DNA of 27,884 nt from a virus (lineage: Duplodnaviria > Caudoviricetes), in IMG/VR virus record IMGVR_UViG_3300042451_001385, positions 1-27,884 of that record; one strand, given 5' to 3'. A model generated the notes under the pieces. The model was not told where the DNA came from. It searched no databases and saw only the letters and a list, made by a program, of their open reading frames with translations. The position numbers and the translations under genes are program-made. Every line of letters starts with the position of its first letter. Position 1 is the stretch's first letter. Positions 1-10,034 of this stretch are shown here, piece by piece.

Positions 1-2
1 AT

Positions 3-176
3 ATGAAAAGAGATACGGAAGAAATGTCTACATCATCTCAAACTGTAATGAACCTAACCGATAAGGTATTACAAATAACTTACTTTAAGAACAAAGTAAA
101 CGAATTCAAAGGTATTAATAGACAACTGCCTGAAGGATATCAACCTAAGATTACAATCGAAGTAATCCCAGTTTAA
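3..176 (+). CDS. 3' end of a gene entering the window (hypothetical protein)
   Basis: Frame 3 is open from the window edge: MKRDTEEMSTSSQTVMNLTDKVLQITYF...KITIEVIPV, TAA at 174-176. Not in the ORF track; probably truncated by the window. Confidence 0.7.
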   Translation: MKRDTEEMSTSSQTVMNLTDKVLQITYFKNKVNEFKGINRQLPEGYQPKITIEVIPV

Positions 177-197
177 TTTCAACATTTTAATAGAATC

Positions 198-206
198 ATA
201 TTTATA
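198..206 (+). promoter_or_regulatory. ATATTTATA motif, putative phage late promoter
   Basis: Same motif recurs in seven intergenic gaps, 23-39 nt upstream of a start codon. Confidence 0.6.
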
Positions 207-232
207 TACATACAAAATGTAAATATATTAAT

Positions 233-625
233 ATGTCAACTGAATTCGAATTATTTAAAGGAAAGAATTTAAGCTCTCTTTTCGAAGATATCTATAATAA
301 CCAACTTTCAAAAAAATCAAAAATAAGTTCTCTAATAGAGGAACTTAAAAAGATGATTAAACACTCTGGTGATGTGGCATCTGTAGGACCTATCCTATCT
401 TCACTAATTGATAGTTCAGTAAAGAACGATGACCAATTGGTTAAGTTAGCAACAATTGCAACTAAGATTATTGCATCTGAAAAGAAAGCAGAAGGGCAGG
501 ATGGTTTCCTAACGGAATTTGAGAAAAACCAATTATTGCAAGATTTAGAAGATACCAAAGCAGAAGTTGAAAGAGTGGATGATTTGGAATTTGAGTTGGA
601 AGATTTAAAAAAGAAAATGAAATAA
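233..625 (+). CDS. Hypothetical helical/coiled-coil phage protein
   Basis: 130-aa ORF, charged and helix-rich, packed against the spike gene; no catalytic motif recognised. Confidence 0.8.
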   Translation: MSTEFELFKGKNLSSLFEDIYNNQLSKKSKISSLIEELKKMIKHSGDVASVGPILSSLIDSSVKNDDQLVKLATIATKIIASEKKAEGQDGFLTEFEKNQLLQDLEDTKAEVERVDDLEFELEDLKKKMK

Positions 626-626
626 T

Positions 627-1898
627 ATGGGATTACAAAATGCAAGTGTTTCAAATGCTCTGAATAATAGATTTGGTACTAAAGATACTACTTTATCTAG
701 ATTTGGTGTAGTTTATTCTGTAATATTAGATGAAACCCATCCGAAAATAAAACAATCACCAAATGATTCATTTGATTCAAGAATAGTTGGATGTGTTGAA
801 TTTAGATATCAAAATGATTTCACTACAAATGATAGAGATTTACCATTAGCATATCCATTTGATAAAAATTTTGTAAACCTACCAACAAAAAATGAAGTTG
901 TAGAAATAATTCAATCAAACGCTGGGCCTATATTGTATAAAAGAATAGGTGCAGAACCATCACCAAATATAAATGCACAATCTACTTTAATAAGTAGTGT
1001 ATTTGCACCAGGTTCTACACAATCTCCAGAGAAAACTACATCAGATTATTCCAAAGTTTCACAAACAGGTATAACAAAAACAAACACATCTGGTAATTTA
1101 AAATATGATGGATATGGAAAATACTTTAAAGCTGAAAAAACTCATAAATTAAAACTATATGAAGGTGATACGTTAGTACAGAGTAGATTTGGACAATCAA
1201 TAAGATTTTCGGCATATAATAATGAAAAAAATATATATTCACCTGTTATTCTTATTAGAAATTCACAAAATGAAATATCTAAAAAGCAAGATATATCAAC
1301 AATTGTTGAGGAAGATATAAATAGAGATGGTAGTACAATAGCAATAACATCAAATCAATATCAATTACCATTCCAACCGGGAACAGTATCCGATAAAGGT
1401 TCATCTGATTTTGAAACAAAACCAAATACATTCAAATCATATCCATCCAAACTAATAGGAGACCAGGTATTAATTAATTCTGGTAGAATAATATTATCAG
1501 CAAGAAATGCTGAAATGATATTCTACTCAAAAAAAAATTATGGGTTTATTTCAGATGGTGCAATGTCAATAGATAATAAGCTTGGTATAAACGTAAATGT
1601 AAACGATACAATTGATGTAAAAACAAATGATAGGGATATAAGACTTGTTACTGGTACTGGTAGAATATATTTGGGTAGATATGGAGCTTCTGGTGATGCT
1701 GGTGCCCCTATACAAAAAATGGTAATGGGTGGTGAGTTGGTTAAAATCCTAAAAGATTTAATAGATGCTGTAACTAAACAACAATATGCAACCCCTTGTG
1801 GACCTACTGCATTAGGACCAACTAATTTAGCAGATTTTAATTTAATAAAAACAAAATTAAATCAAATTCTATCAAACAACAATTATTTAAGTAGATAA
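627..1898 (+). CDS. Baseplate central spike/hub protein (gp5/VgrG-like, no lysozyme domain evident)
   Basis: OB-fold-like N-terminus (GVVYSVIL...GCVEFR...AYP...LPTKNEVVEI), YEGDTLVQSRFGQSIRF and GDQVLINSGRIILSAR beta-repeat segments, C-terminal TPCGPT; lies upstream of gp25/gp6. Confidence 0.65.
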   Translation: MGLQNASVSNALNNRFGTKDTTLSRFGVVYSVILDETHPKIKQSPNDSFDSRIVGCVEFRYQNDFTTNDRDLPLAYPFDKNFVNLPTKNEVVEIIQSNAGPILYKRIGAEPSPNINAQSTLISSVFAPGSTQSPEKTTSDYSKVSQTGITKTNTSGNLKYDGYGKYFKAEKTHKLKLYEGDTLVQSRFGQSIRFSAYNNEKNIYSPVILIRNSQNEISKKQDISTIVEEDINRDGSTIAITSNQYQLPFQPGTVSDKGSSDFETKPNTFKSYPSKLIGDQVLINSGRIILSARNAEMIFYSKKNYGFISDGAMSIDNKLGINVNVNDTIDVKTNDRDIRLVTGTGRIYLGRYGASGDAGAPIQKMVMGGELVKILKDLIDAVTKQQYATPCGPTALGPTNLADFNLIKTKLNQILSNNNYLSR

Positions 1899-3331
1899 TG
1901 TGGGCAATCTATAAAGTAAACATGCTAAGAAAGATGTCCAGTGGGGCATTTGCAAAAGATATAGATGGTTTTGCAATATCATTTGCCGATGAATTTGATG
2001 CGTGTATAAAAAGAGGAGGAGACTTAATCAACGGATGTAATGTAGTAAATGGTAATAAACAAGCTTTAATTTTAGGAATAAAGGATGCATTAAAAAAAGG
2101 ACAAAGTGCTGGTATTGGTAATTTTAATTTGTTAAATGAATTAGGACCTGCAATAGTTGCATATTGGTCTGGTGCAACATTATCACCATATCCAAATCCT
2201 TTGGTAAAACCGGGAGGTTGGCAAAGTACACCACCTGCAATTGGTACTGTTTTAAATTTAGGACCAGAACCAATACAAACCGCCGCATCTGCTGCAAAAA
2301 TAACTGCTGAAAAAACTGCAACCAAAATAGCAATAGATGAATTAAAAAAACAAAAGATAAATATTCCTCCTTTGGGTGAAGTTAATATATACGATACTGT
2401 TGAAAAGATATTAGCTAAAAAAATAAATGACCCACAAATATTAGCACATCCCGCAATATACCCAGCCGTACTATTGGTTAAGTTAGCAAGAGAAACTAAA
2501 ATACCTTCTCCAAATTTAGCGTTAAAACCTGGTAATTTTATAAAATTTCCACCACTTCCAGATAGAAAAAAATTAATAGAGGAAGCAAAGAAAAAATTAG
2601 AGGAAGAAGCTGAAAAACAAATAAAAGAGCAAATCAAAAAACAAATAATAGAACCTGTAAAGGAAGCAATACTTACGCCAATAGAACAGGCAATAGAACA
2701 GGCAATAGCAATAGCTAATACAGTTAGACCTTTACCAACCAAAGCTCAAATAAAAAAATATGTTAAGGATACGTTTGAAGGTATAATACCTGATTTACAA
2801 TTACCTGGTATAACAATACCAAAAATACCAACTAAAGCAGAAATTGAAAAAATTGTAAATGATATAATAGCAGGATATATACCAAATATACCAAATCTAA
2901 AATTACCAAAAATACCAACCAAAGAGGAAATAAAAGCTATGGTATATGAGATGATTAAAGATAAAATCCCACAAATACCAAATTTTAATATAGTCCTTCC
3001 TAGTTTGTATTTTAAACCAAGTTCAAACATTTTAATAAATCCGTTGGTTAATTATTGTAAAACGCAAATGCTAACAACTGGTGGTATAATAAATGTATTA
3101 GCACAATATCCACCACCAGCAATACCAGCACCAGCTATTATTAAATGGGATGGATATAGAGTTCCTGATGGACCTCCTGTACCTGATATACCAATACCAC
3201 CGGCATTTCCATCAAATATACCATTACCAGATACTTCAAAATTAATAACAGAATTACCTAAAATTAAATTAGAAGTACCTAAATTTGAAGTACCTTCGTT
3301 GGGTAGTGTGGCATCTATAATAACAATATAA
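1898..3331 (+). CDS. Proline-rich putative virion protein with internal repeats
   Basis: 477 aa; TAATG overlap with the spike gene; three PTK(A/E)xI repeats and a Pro-rich C-terminus. Confidence 0.75.
   Translation: MWAIYKVNMLRKMSSGAFAKDIDGFAISFADEFDACIKRGGDLINGCNVVNGNKQALILGIKDALKKGQSAGIGNFNLLNELGPAIVAYWSGATLSPYPNPLVKPGGWQSTPPAIGTVLNLGPEPIQTAASAAKITAEKTATKIAIDELKKQKINIPPLGEVNIYDTVEKILAKKINDPQILAHPAIYPAVLLVKLARETKIPSPNLALKPGNFIKFPPLPDRKKLIEEAKKKLEEEAEKQIKEQIKKQIIEPVKEAILTPIEQAIEQAIAIANTVRPLPTKAQIKKYVKDTFEGIIPDLQLPGITIPKIPTKAEIEKIVNDIIAGYIPNIPNLKLPKIPTKEEIKAMVYEMIKDKIPQIPNFNIVLPSLYFKPSSNILINPLVNYCKTQMLTTGGIINVLAQYPPPAIPAPAIIKWDGYRVPDGPPVPDIPIPPAFPSNIPLPDTSKLITELPKIKLEVPKFEVPSLGSVASIITI
2679..2714 (+). 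repeat. In-frame tandem repeat (CAATAGAACAGG x2 followed by CAATAG x2)
   Basis: Seen directly; encodes IEQA-IEQA-IA-IA. Confidence 0.85.
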
Positions 3332-3371
3332 GTGACAAACCTGTATTAATTCCCAAAAATAATCTAATCAA

Positions 3372-3380
3372 ATATTTATA
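3372..3380 (+). promoter_or_regulatory. ATATTTATA motif, putative late promoter
   Basis: Recurrent intergenic motif, 29 nt before ATG at 3401. Confidence 0.6.
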
Positions 3381-3400
3381 AACATAACAAACAAGACAAT

Positions 3401-3895
3401 ATGGATACTGATAAACTATTAAAGGCTATTCAGATTCTTATTAAAGAGGAGCTTAAAGAGCAATTACCTGCTTTAATTAAGGAAGGTGTGAAAGCCGAAA
3501 TGAAAAAAATGTTAGCAGAGATTAAACAACCAGCTAAACCAAAAACTACTGGATTATCAATGGCAAAAGCTATGATGGAAGATGAATTGATAGAAGAATC
3601 GGTTCAAATGAATGCATCCGCAAAGCAATTTAGTAAAAACCCAATGATTAATCAAATTCTAAATGAAACCGCAATGGCACCAAAAAGTTCTGGAGATGGT
3701 TATAGAACGATGAGTTTTGGGCAGGGAGACATGGGTTCGATTGTAGGTAGAACAGCAATAGCTGAAAAAATGGGATATGGTGATTTAGCAAAAGGACCTT
3801 CTCCAACTGGATTGGGTGTAAACACTGGTGTACCTGAATTAGATAAAGCATTGAATAGAGATTATTCTGAACTTGTTAAAAGATTTAAAAAGTAA
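3401..3895 (+). CDS. Hypothetical phage protein in the baseplate module
   Basis: 164-aa ORF with a helical N-terminus, NPMINQILNETA and C-terminal ALNRDYSELVKRFKK; directly upstream of gp25. Confidence 0.8.
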   Translation: MDTDKLLKAIQILIKEELKEQLPALIKEGVKAEMKKMLAEIKQPAKPKTTGLSMAKAMMEDELIEESVQMNASAKQFSKNPMINQILNETAMAPKSSGDGYRTMSFGQGDMGSIVGRTAIAEKMGYGDLAKGPSPTGLGVNTGVPELDKALNRDYSELVKRFKK

Positions 3896-3901
3896 TATAA
3901 A

Positions 3902-4330
3902 ATGGCAGTACCTTTAGGACAGGAATTAGTAGTTGATAGTAAACAATTTTCTGACTATGCTATTGGAATAACACTTCCAATACAAATAGGTAATACTGCT
4001 TTTAATCAAACTTTTTACACAATAGACCAAGCAAGAACTAATATAAAAAATTTACTATTAACAAAAAGAGGAGAAAGATTAATGCAACCTCAATTCGGAA
4101 GTGGGTTACAGGAGTTTTTATTTGAACCGATTACTGATGAAATTGCCGATAGGATTGAATCTGAAATACTAAATACAATAGCACTTTGGTTACCATATAT
4201 AACTGTAAATTCAATTGAAGTAGATACTACATCAGATAGGGAACAAAGCACTATTAATTTAAATCTATCATTTTCGGTTGCAAATGGTACAGCAAATACA
4301 AATAATACTACAATTAGATTTCAACAATAA
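3902..4330 (+). CDS. Baseplate wedge / sheath initiator, GPW/gp25 family
   Basis: Signature NIKNLLLTKRGERLMQPQFGSGLQEFLFEP...IALWLPYITV. Confidence 0.92.
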   Translation: MAVPLGQELVVDSKQFSDYAIGITLPIQIGNTAFNQTFYTIDQARTNIKNLLLTKRGERLMQPQFGSGLQEFLFEPITDEIADRIESEILNTIALWLPYITVNSIEVDTTSDREQSTINLNLSFSVANGTANTNNTTIRFQQ

Positions 4331-4337
4331 AAGATAG

Positions 4338-6356
4338 ATGAACAAAAATTTTAAAAATAGAGGAAAGGATATAAAGTACTTAAATAAAGATTTTGGTGCG
4401 TTTAAAAATAATCTAGTAGATTATGCCAAAACTTATTTTCCAAAAACTTACTCCGATTTTAGCGAAGCTTCTCCTGGTATGATGTTCATAGAAATGGCAG
4501 CATATATAGGCGATGTTATGGGATTTTATATAGATGATACTTTGAAAGAATCATTGATGCCATACGCTGAAGATATAAACAGTGTAATTACACTATCTCA
4601 ACAATTGGGTTATGTACCAAAAGTAACATCCCCAGCAATTACAACATTATCTGTATATCAATTAGTTCCATCGGTTGGTAATGGAGCGGCTAATGCACCT
4701 GATTCAAAATATTATTTAAGAATCAAAGAAGGTATGCAAGTTGAAAGTGCAAACAATATAAATTTCTTAACAACAGATGTTGTAGATTTTGCAGATGAAA
4801 CAAATAGAGAGATAGCAGTTTATCAAACCGATTCTATAACAAAAGAACCAACATTCTATTTAATTAAAAAATATGTTCAAGCTATATCTGCAACTGTTAA
4901 ATCTGCTGAATTTACATTTGGTAATTATCAAGCTTATCAAACGATAGATTTACTTGATACTAATATTATTCAAATATATGATGTTAGGGATAGTGATAAT
5001 AACAAATGGTATGAAGTTCCGTATTTAGCACAAGAAATGGTATTCATTGATTATCCAAATACAGAAGCAAATGATCCTGAATTAGTTCAATTCAAAGAAT
5101 CTGTACCATTTATTTTGAAAACTATAAAAACTCCAAAAAGATTTACTGTAAGTGTGAATCCAAATGGTACAAAATCAATTCAATTTGGAGCTGGTGACCC
5201 ATCAGCATCTGATGAACAATTAATTCCAAATCTTAAAAACGTAGGATTGGGATTACCAAATTCAATAAGTAGATTAGAAGAATCATTTGACCCAACAAAC
5301 TTTTTGAAAACAAAAACATATGGTACATCACCAGCAAACACAACCATAACTGTAAAATATTATGTTGGTGGTGGTGTTGAATCAAATACTCCAAAAAATA
5401 CATTAATAAGATTAGGAACGTATGAATTGGATAACGATGTATCAACATATACAGAAGCTCAAAAAGCAGTTTTTAATTCAATAAAAAATTCAATAGGAGT
5501 TGATAATGAAATTCCTGCTGTTGGTGGTAGAGGTGGTGAAACTATTGAAGAAATAAGACAAAACGCATTAGCAAATTTTGGTTCACAAAATAGAGTAGTA
5601 ACTGCAAAAGATTATCAAGTAAGAGCTTTATCATTAAATCCAAAATATGGTTCTATTGCAAAAGCATTCGCTATAGCTGATGGTAAATTAGATAATAATT
5701 CACCGGCATCTATATTAGCATCTCCAAATAACTTACAAGAGTTTACGGATTTGGTTATGTCATTTGTTAAAAAGCCTGATAACGAAGAACCAACGGAGGG
5801 AAGTGTTAAAAGTGATATCCAAAAATTTTTAATAGGAAAAACAACAAATATGGATGAGAAAAACAATCCATTTGCTGTAAACTTATATTTGCTTGGGTAT
5901 GATAACGAAGGACATTTAACTGAACTTAATATGGCAGTTAAAGAAAATCTTAAAACATATTTAAATGAATATAAAATATTAACCGATGGTGTTAATATAA
6001 GTGATGGTTTTGTTATAAATATTGCACTGGATTTTGAAATAAAAGTTTATAACAATTATAATAAGAGTGAAGTTTTAGTTAATTGTATAAATGAATTAAA
6101 AGATTATTTTACAACAGACAATTGGACATTCAACCAAACAATAAACATAGGTGAAGTTGAACTAATTATAGCAAATGTTGATGGTGTATCGTCTGTTGCT
6201 AAAGTTGAATTTACAAATAAATGCGGAGACCCATACTCTCCAAATCAATATAATATAGCAGGGGCAACTAAAGATAAGATTATATATCCATCGTTAGACC
6301 CTTCGGTTTTCGAAATTAAATTTCCGAATTCGGATATAAGAGGGAGGGTTAAATAA
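4338..6356 (+). CDS. Baseplate wedge subunit (T4 gp6 / baseplate J-like)
   Basis: YLNKDF...YSDFSEASPGMMFIEMAAYIGDV, IQFGAG, GGRGGETIEEIRQNA...QNRVVTAKDY motifs; follows gp25. Confidence 0.9.
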   Translation: MNKNFKNRGKDIKYLNKDFGAFKNNLVDYAKTYFPKTYSDFSEASPGMMFIEMAAYIGDVMGFYIDDTLKESLMPYAEDINSVITLSQQLGYVPKVTSPAITTLSVYQLVPSVGNGAANAPDSKYYLRIKEGMQVESANNINFLTTDVVDFADETNREIAVYQTDSITKEPTFYLIKKYVQAISATVKSAEFTFGNYQAYQTIDLLDTNIIQIYDVRDSDNNKWYEVPYLAQEMVFIDYPNTEANDPELVQFKESVPFILKTIKTPKRFTVSVNPNGTKSIQFGAGDPSASDEQLIPNLKNVGLGLPNSISRLEESFDPTNFLKTKTYGTSPANTTITVKYYVGGGVESNTPKNTLIRLGTYELDNDVSTYTEAQKAVFNSIKNSIGVDNEIPAVGGRGGETIEEIRQNALANFGSQNRVVTAKDYQVRALSLNPKYGSIAKAFAIADGKLDNNSPASILASPNNLQEFTDLVMSFVKKPDNEEPTEGSVKSDIQKFLIGKTTNMDEKNNPFAVNLYLLGYDNEGHLTELNMAVKENLKTYLNEYKILTDGVNISDGFVINIALDFEIKVYNNYNKSEVLVNCINELKDYFTTDNWTFNQTINIGEVELIIANVDGVSSVAKVEFTNKCGDPYSPNQYNIAGATKDKIIYPSLDPSVFEIKFPNSDIRGRVK

Positions 6357-7441
6357 TGTATAGCTTTTTAACAGCATCAAAAGATGCAACGATTTACTTA
6401 CAGCAACCCAATCAAAATACTGGGTTGGATGAAATATTAGAAGTAAGTAAAATTTATTATGGCAGTGTAAAAGATATATCAAGATCTTTGATAAAGTTTG
6501 ATATATCCTATATTTCGCAATCACTAATAAATCAAACTGCACGTTTGGAAGAAGTTTCACTTATAATGAAAGAAACTCAAAGTGAAGAAATTCCACTTGA
6601 TTACACATTATATGCTTATCCTATTTCCGGAAGTTGGGAAATGGGTATTGGTACTCGATTTGATGAAATATCAACAATGGGAGTTACTTGGAGAAATAGA
6701 GAAGGCGATTCCAAACTTAAATGGTTGATAGATACTACCACAGATGGTATAACTACAAACTTTGCAGCAGGTTCTACTGGTTCGTATTCTGGATATGGTG
6801 GAGTTTGGTATACTGGATATACAGCTGAACAAAATTATTCATACAATACGGCGGATATACATATGGATATAGAACTTATGTTGAAAGGTTGGTTGAGTGG
6901 CTCTATACCAAACGATGGAATTATAGTTAAATTTTCAGATGATACCGAAACTGATAATAATGATTATGGTATAGTTAGATTATTTGGTAAAGAAACGCAT
7001 ACCATATATCAGCCAAAAATAAGAATTGGGTGGGATGACCAAACATTTGTAACTCAATCATTAGAACCATTGGTATCTAACGAAATTAAAGTAACAGTTA
7101 CTAATTTAAATAAAGAATATAAAGTAAATTCAAAACCAATTATAAAAATATTTGCTAGAGAATTATATCCATTGAAAACATTTAGTTCTAACTTTAGATA
7201 TAAAACTGTAAAGTATTTACCACAAACAACTTATTATCAAATTAAAGATTTGGATACGCAGGATGTAATAATACCATTTTCGGAATTTTCAAAAGTTAGT
7301 TGTAATAATAATGGTAATTTTATTCAACTTGATTTGACAAATTGGGAAACTGATAGGGTATATAGTATTGAAATAAAGGTTGATAATAATGGTAATGTTC
7401 AATATTTTGATGATGATTTAACATTTAGTGTTGTAAAATAA
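6356..7441 (+). CDS. Virion structural protein with a DNRLRE/carbohydrate-binding-like beta domain
   Basis: KDATIY...NTG..EILEV...RSLIKFDIS...W...TW...W..G...NDG..VK...P.I pattern resembles DNRLRE domains; TAATG-coupled to gp6. Confidence 0.55.
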   Translation: MYSFLTASKDATIYLQQPNQNTGLDEILEVSKIYYGSVKDISRSLIKFDISYISQSLINQTARLEEVSLIMKETQSEEIPLDYTLYAYPISGSWEMGIGTRFDEISTMGVTWRNREGDSKLKWLIDTTTDGITTNFAAGSTGSYSGYGGVWYTGYTAEQNYSYNTADIHMDIELMLKGWLSGSIPNDGIIVKFSDDTETDNNDYGIVRLFGKETHTIYQPKIRIGWDDQTFVTQSLEPLVSNEIKVTVTNLNKEYKVNSKPIIKIFARELYPLKTFSSNFRYKTVKYLPQTTYYQIKDLDTQDVIIPFSEFSKVSCNNNGNFIQLDLTNWETDRVYSIEIKVDNNGNVQYFDDDLTFSVVK

Positions 7442-7445
7442 AAAA

Positions 7446-8453
7446 ATGAATACTGGTTTAAAAAACGAAAAATTAGTTGGCAAAATTTTAGTGAGTGGTT
7501 CATCTGCACTAAAACCTAAAAATAATGGTATCAATTTATTTGAAGAATTGAGTACCGATGATGGGGTAGTGTCTTCTAAATTACTTAAACCAAAGTATAA
7601 TAAAGAGCAATTAATAAAATCCATAGATACCACAATTATAGAACTTATACCAGTTGAAGTTCCTGAACTTCCTGATATGGTACTTCGTTCTATATGGTTG
7701 GAAGCACTTGCTGAAATCGAAATAAGAGATAACGAAATACGAAGATTGAATGGTATCATTTCTGGATTGGAAGCTAGAATTTTAGAATTAGAAGCAGAAT
7801 TAGAAAATTTAAGAATTGAACTTGATTCTCAAAAAATATTATCAGCAACATACCAAAACCAAAATCAATTATCAGTAACAAGAGTACAACAATCAATTGG
7901 TGATTTGCAAAACTCTTTACAAAAAGCAACAGCTGAAGCAATACAAAGAGTTTCTTTAACTGCTAGAGTTGAATCTTTATTTGAAGAAAATAAAAGATTA
8001 AAAGATGTATTAGAAGGTAAGCAAGCTAAACAAGCGGAAGGTGCTAAAGTTGGTATGGATTTTTCAATTAAAGTTATTACTAAGGGTGATGCAGCAAGTC
8101 AAGACGATTTGATATTTAATGCTAGAGCTAAAGATGATGGTAGAGGTAAGTGGATTAATGGACCTGATATAGAATTATATAATTTTAGTAGTGAAGAAGT
8201 AACAATTAGCTTTACACAAACTGGAGAAGTTAAAGGTATAATAAACCCAGTAAGTTCTGTTACATTAAAACCAAAACAAACATCTAAAATTACGTTAAAA
8301 ACAAATGATGATAAGGTAGATGATTTTGCACCATCTGCTGGTGTTGGACTTACTGGTGATAAAACATATAGAGGTTCATTTGTAGCAAAATCAAATAAAT
8401 CAACACTAAATCTTTCTATACAATTACAAAAACAAAGAGGAAACCAATTCTGA
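7446..8453 (+). CDS. Coiled-coil structural protein with a beta-rich C-terminal domain
   Basis: Heptad-rich centre (LEARILELEAELENLRIEL), beta-rich C-terminus; within the baseplate operon. Confidence 0.7.
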   Translation: MNTGLKNEKLVGKILVSGSSALKPKNNGINLFEELSTDDGVVSSKLLKPKYNKEQLIKSIDTTIIELIPVEVPELPDMVLRSIWLEALAEIEIRDNEIRRLNGIISGLEARILELEAELENLRIELDSQKILSATYQNQNQLSVTRVQQSIGDLQNSLQKATAEAIQRVSLTARVESLFEENKRLKDVLEGKQAKQAEGAKVGMDFSIKVITKGDAASQDDLIFNARAKDDGRGKWINGPDIELYNFSSEEVTISFTQTGEVKGIINPVSSVTLKPKQTSKITLKTNDDKVDDFAPSAGVGLTGDKTYRGSFVAKSNKSTLNLSIQLQKQRGNQF

Positions 8454-8465
8454 TAATAAAAAATT

Positions 8466-10022
8466 ATGGCATTACAAAATTTTAAAGATATTATTAACAA
8501 TAAGGCGTATCGTATTCAATCGAAGGATAGAGAAATTTTTGAAAAAGGAAATTTACAATCTTTCTTTGGGTTTAGTGATAAGGACGTTATTGAGTTTATA
8601 GTATATGATGCTAATGATAATCAACTACCTCAAAAAGACTGGGGAATAGTTAGATATATACCAATGACAGATGAAAATATAGGAGATTATTTTTTAATAG
8701 CAGACGGTACTATTTTACAAGCTTACAACTTTCCAAATGAATACTTTATTGATATTGAAAGACTCTTAAATGAAGCTGGTTATGAAAATGGTATATTTAA
8801 AACACAAATAAATTTACTTAATAATAGAGTAGGTAGTTCTCAAAAGTTTGATAAATTATGGATATCGGAAGTATCTCCATCTAGAACTGAAATAAGAGTG
8901 TTTCCATTAAAAAGAAAGGAAACGGAAGGAACTGATTTGTTTGAAAGATTTAATATATTTGTTAAAGATGGTGAATTTAGAGAAGATACAATCAACTCTG
9001 CATTATCTATTATAGAAAAGGTATCACCGCAACAAGTTGCAAGTGCACTATCTACCAAATATGGAAAAAATTGGGTTGATAAATTAAGGAGTGAATACAA
9101 CATTACAAATTTAGAATTATTTTTAAATAACGTACAAAGTAAATTTGTACAAGCATCCTTATATGAATTTACAAATAGGATTTCAGACCCATTAGATTTG
9201 AATTATGGTAAACCAAAAAGAACAAAACCAAAGTTGGATTTATCAAAAACAAATATTAAACAAAAATGTGTAGACCTTTATATAAGAGCTTTGGATTTTT
9301 ATTTATCAAGACCAGCTTTTGTACAAAATAGTAGTTTTGATTTGGATACCGATTCAAGTAAAGATATAGTTGGACAAGTATTACAAAGAACACAATCAGA
9401 TTCACTTATAGATACTACTTCTCCTACAGTTAAAGTAACAAAAGTTACAAAACCAAATATAAGTAGTTCTGAAATACAACTTAAATCTGAAATAATTAAA
9501 GAATTACCACCACCACCTCCACCTACACCGGTAGTTGGCCCACCACCACCATTTAACCCTGAAATAGGAGGAGGAAATAATTCTGGAAAAAATTATTACC
9601 AAATTAGAGTAACAAGAATGGGAATTCCTGCTACACTTGAACAAAGTGCTTTTACATTTATAAATTCAAATGGGCAGCAAGAAACTATACAATATGATGG
9701 ATATGGTTTGGTTGGTGTATATTGTATGTTAGATGGTTCTTGGCAAAATGGGTCATATTATTTATATGAACTAACTCAAGTTGGTTTATGTGGACCTGCA
9801 AACAATAATAAAGATTTGATAGATGTTATTGATTACAAAACACCACAAGATACAATACAAAAACCAACGGAGTTTATAACACCAGATGGATTACCAAATG
9901 TAAGTATTGTAAATGATACTAAATATGTGGACACGGTTGTAAATAATGATAATTACAATAGAAATGACTTTATGAATGATAGAGCAATGGCTGATACACC
10001 TAATAGAATTAACGAATTATAA
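8466..10022 (+). CDS. Putative baseplate/tail structural protein with a polyproline linker and accessory C-terminal domain
   Basis: 518 aa; LWISEVSPSRTEIR core, then a PPPPPPTPVVGPPPP linker and a small two-Cys domain. Confidence 0.7.
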   Translation: MALQNFKDIINNKAYRIQSKDREIFEKGNLQSFFGFSDKDVIEFIVYDANDNQLPQKDWGIVRYIPMTDENIGDYFLIADGTILQAYNFPNEYFIDIERLLNEAGYENGIFKTQINLLNNRVGSSQKFDKLWISEVSPSRTEIRVFPLKRKETEGTDLFERFNIFVKDGEFREDTINSALSIIEKVSPQQVASALSTKYGKNWVDKLRSEYNITNLELFLNNVQSKFVQASLYEFTNRISDPLDLNYGKPKRTKPKLDLSKTNIKQKCVDLYIRALDFYLSRPAFVQNSSFDLDTDSSKDIVGQVLQRTQSDSLIDTTSPTVKVTKVTKPNISSSEIQLKSEIIKELPPPPPPTPVVGPPPPFNPEIGGGNNSGKNYYQIRVTRMGIPATLEQSAFTFINSNGQQETIQYDGYGLVGVYCMLDGSWQNGSYYLYELTQVGLCGPANNNKDLIDVIDYKTPQDTIQKPTEFITPDGLPNVSIVNDTKYVDTVVNNDNYNRNDFMNDRAMADTPNRINEL

Positions 10023-10034
10023 TATTTAGTATTA

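Noticed and set aside
233-625. Possible terminase small subunit
   Set aside because: Size and helical character fit, but there is no adjacent large terminase and no diagnostic motif.
1909-2742. 277-aa minus-strand ORF and the other minus-strand or nested ORFs in the track
   Set aside because: They lie over long, motif-bearing + strand genes, have Phe/Ile/Ser-rich shadow composition and show no recognisable motifs or own promoters.
627-6356. Bacterial T6SS or eCIS locus instead of a phage
   Set aside because: No TssJLM/ClpV or Afp ATPase is seen, and the linked primase, Mre11-Rad50 and GIY-YIG genes plus the phage-type promoter motif indicate a phage genome.
10022-10030. ATATTTAGT near-match to the late motif before the 1746-aa gene
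   Set aside because: It has a mismatch and lies only 13 nt before the ATG, unlike the 23-39 nt spacing of the other copies.
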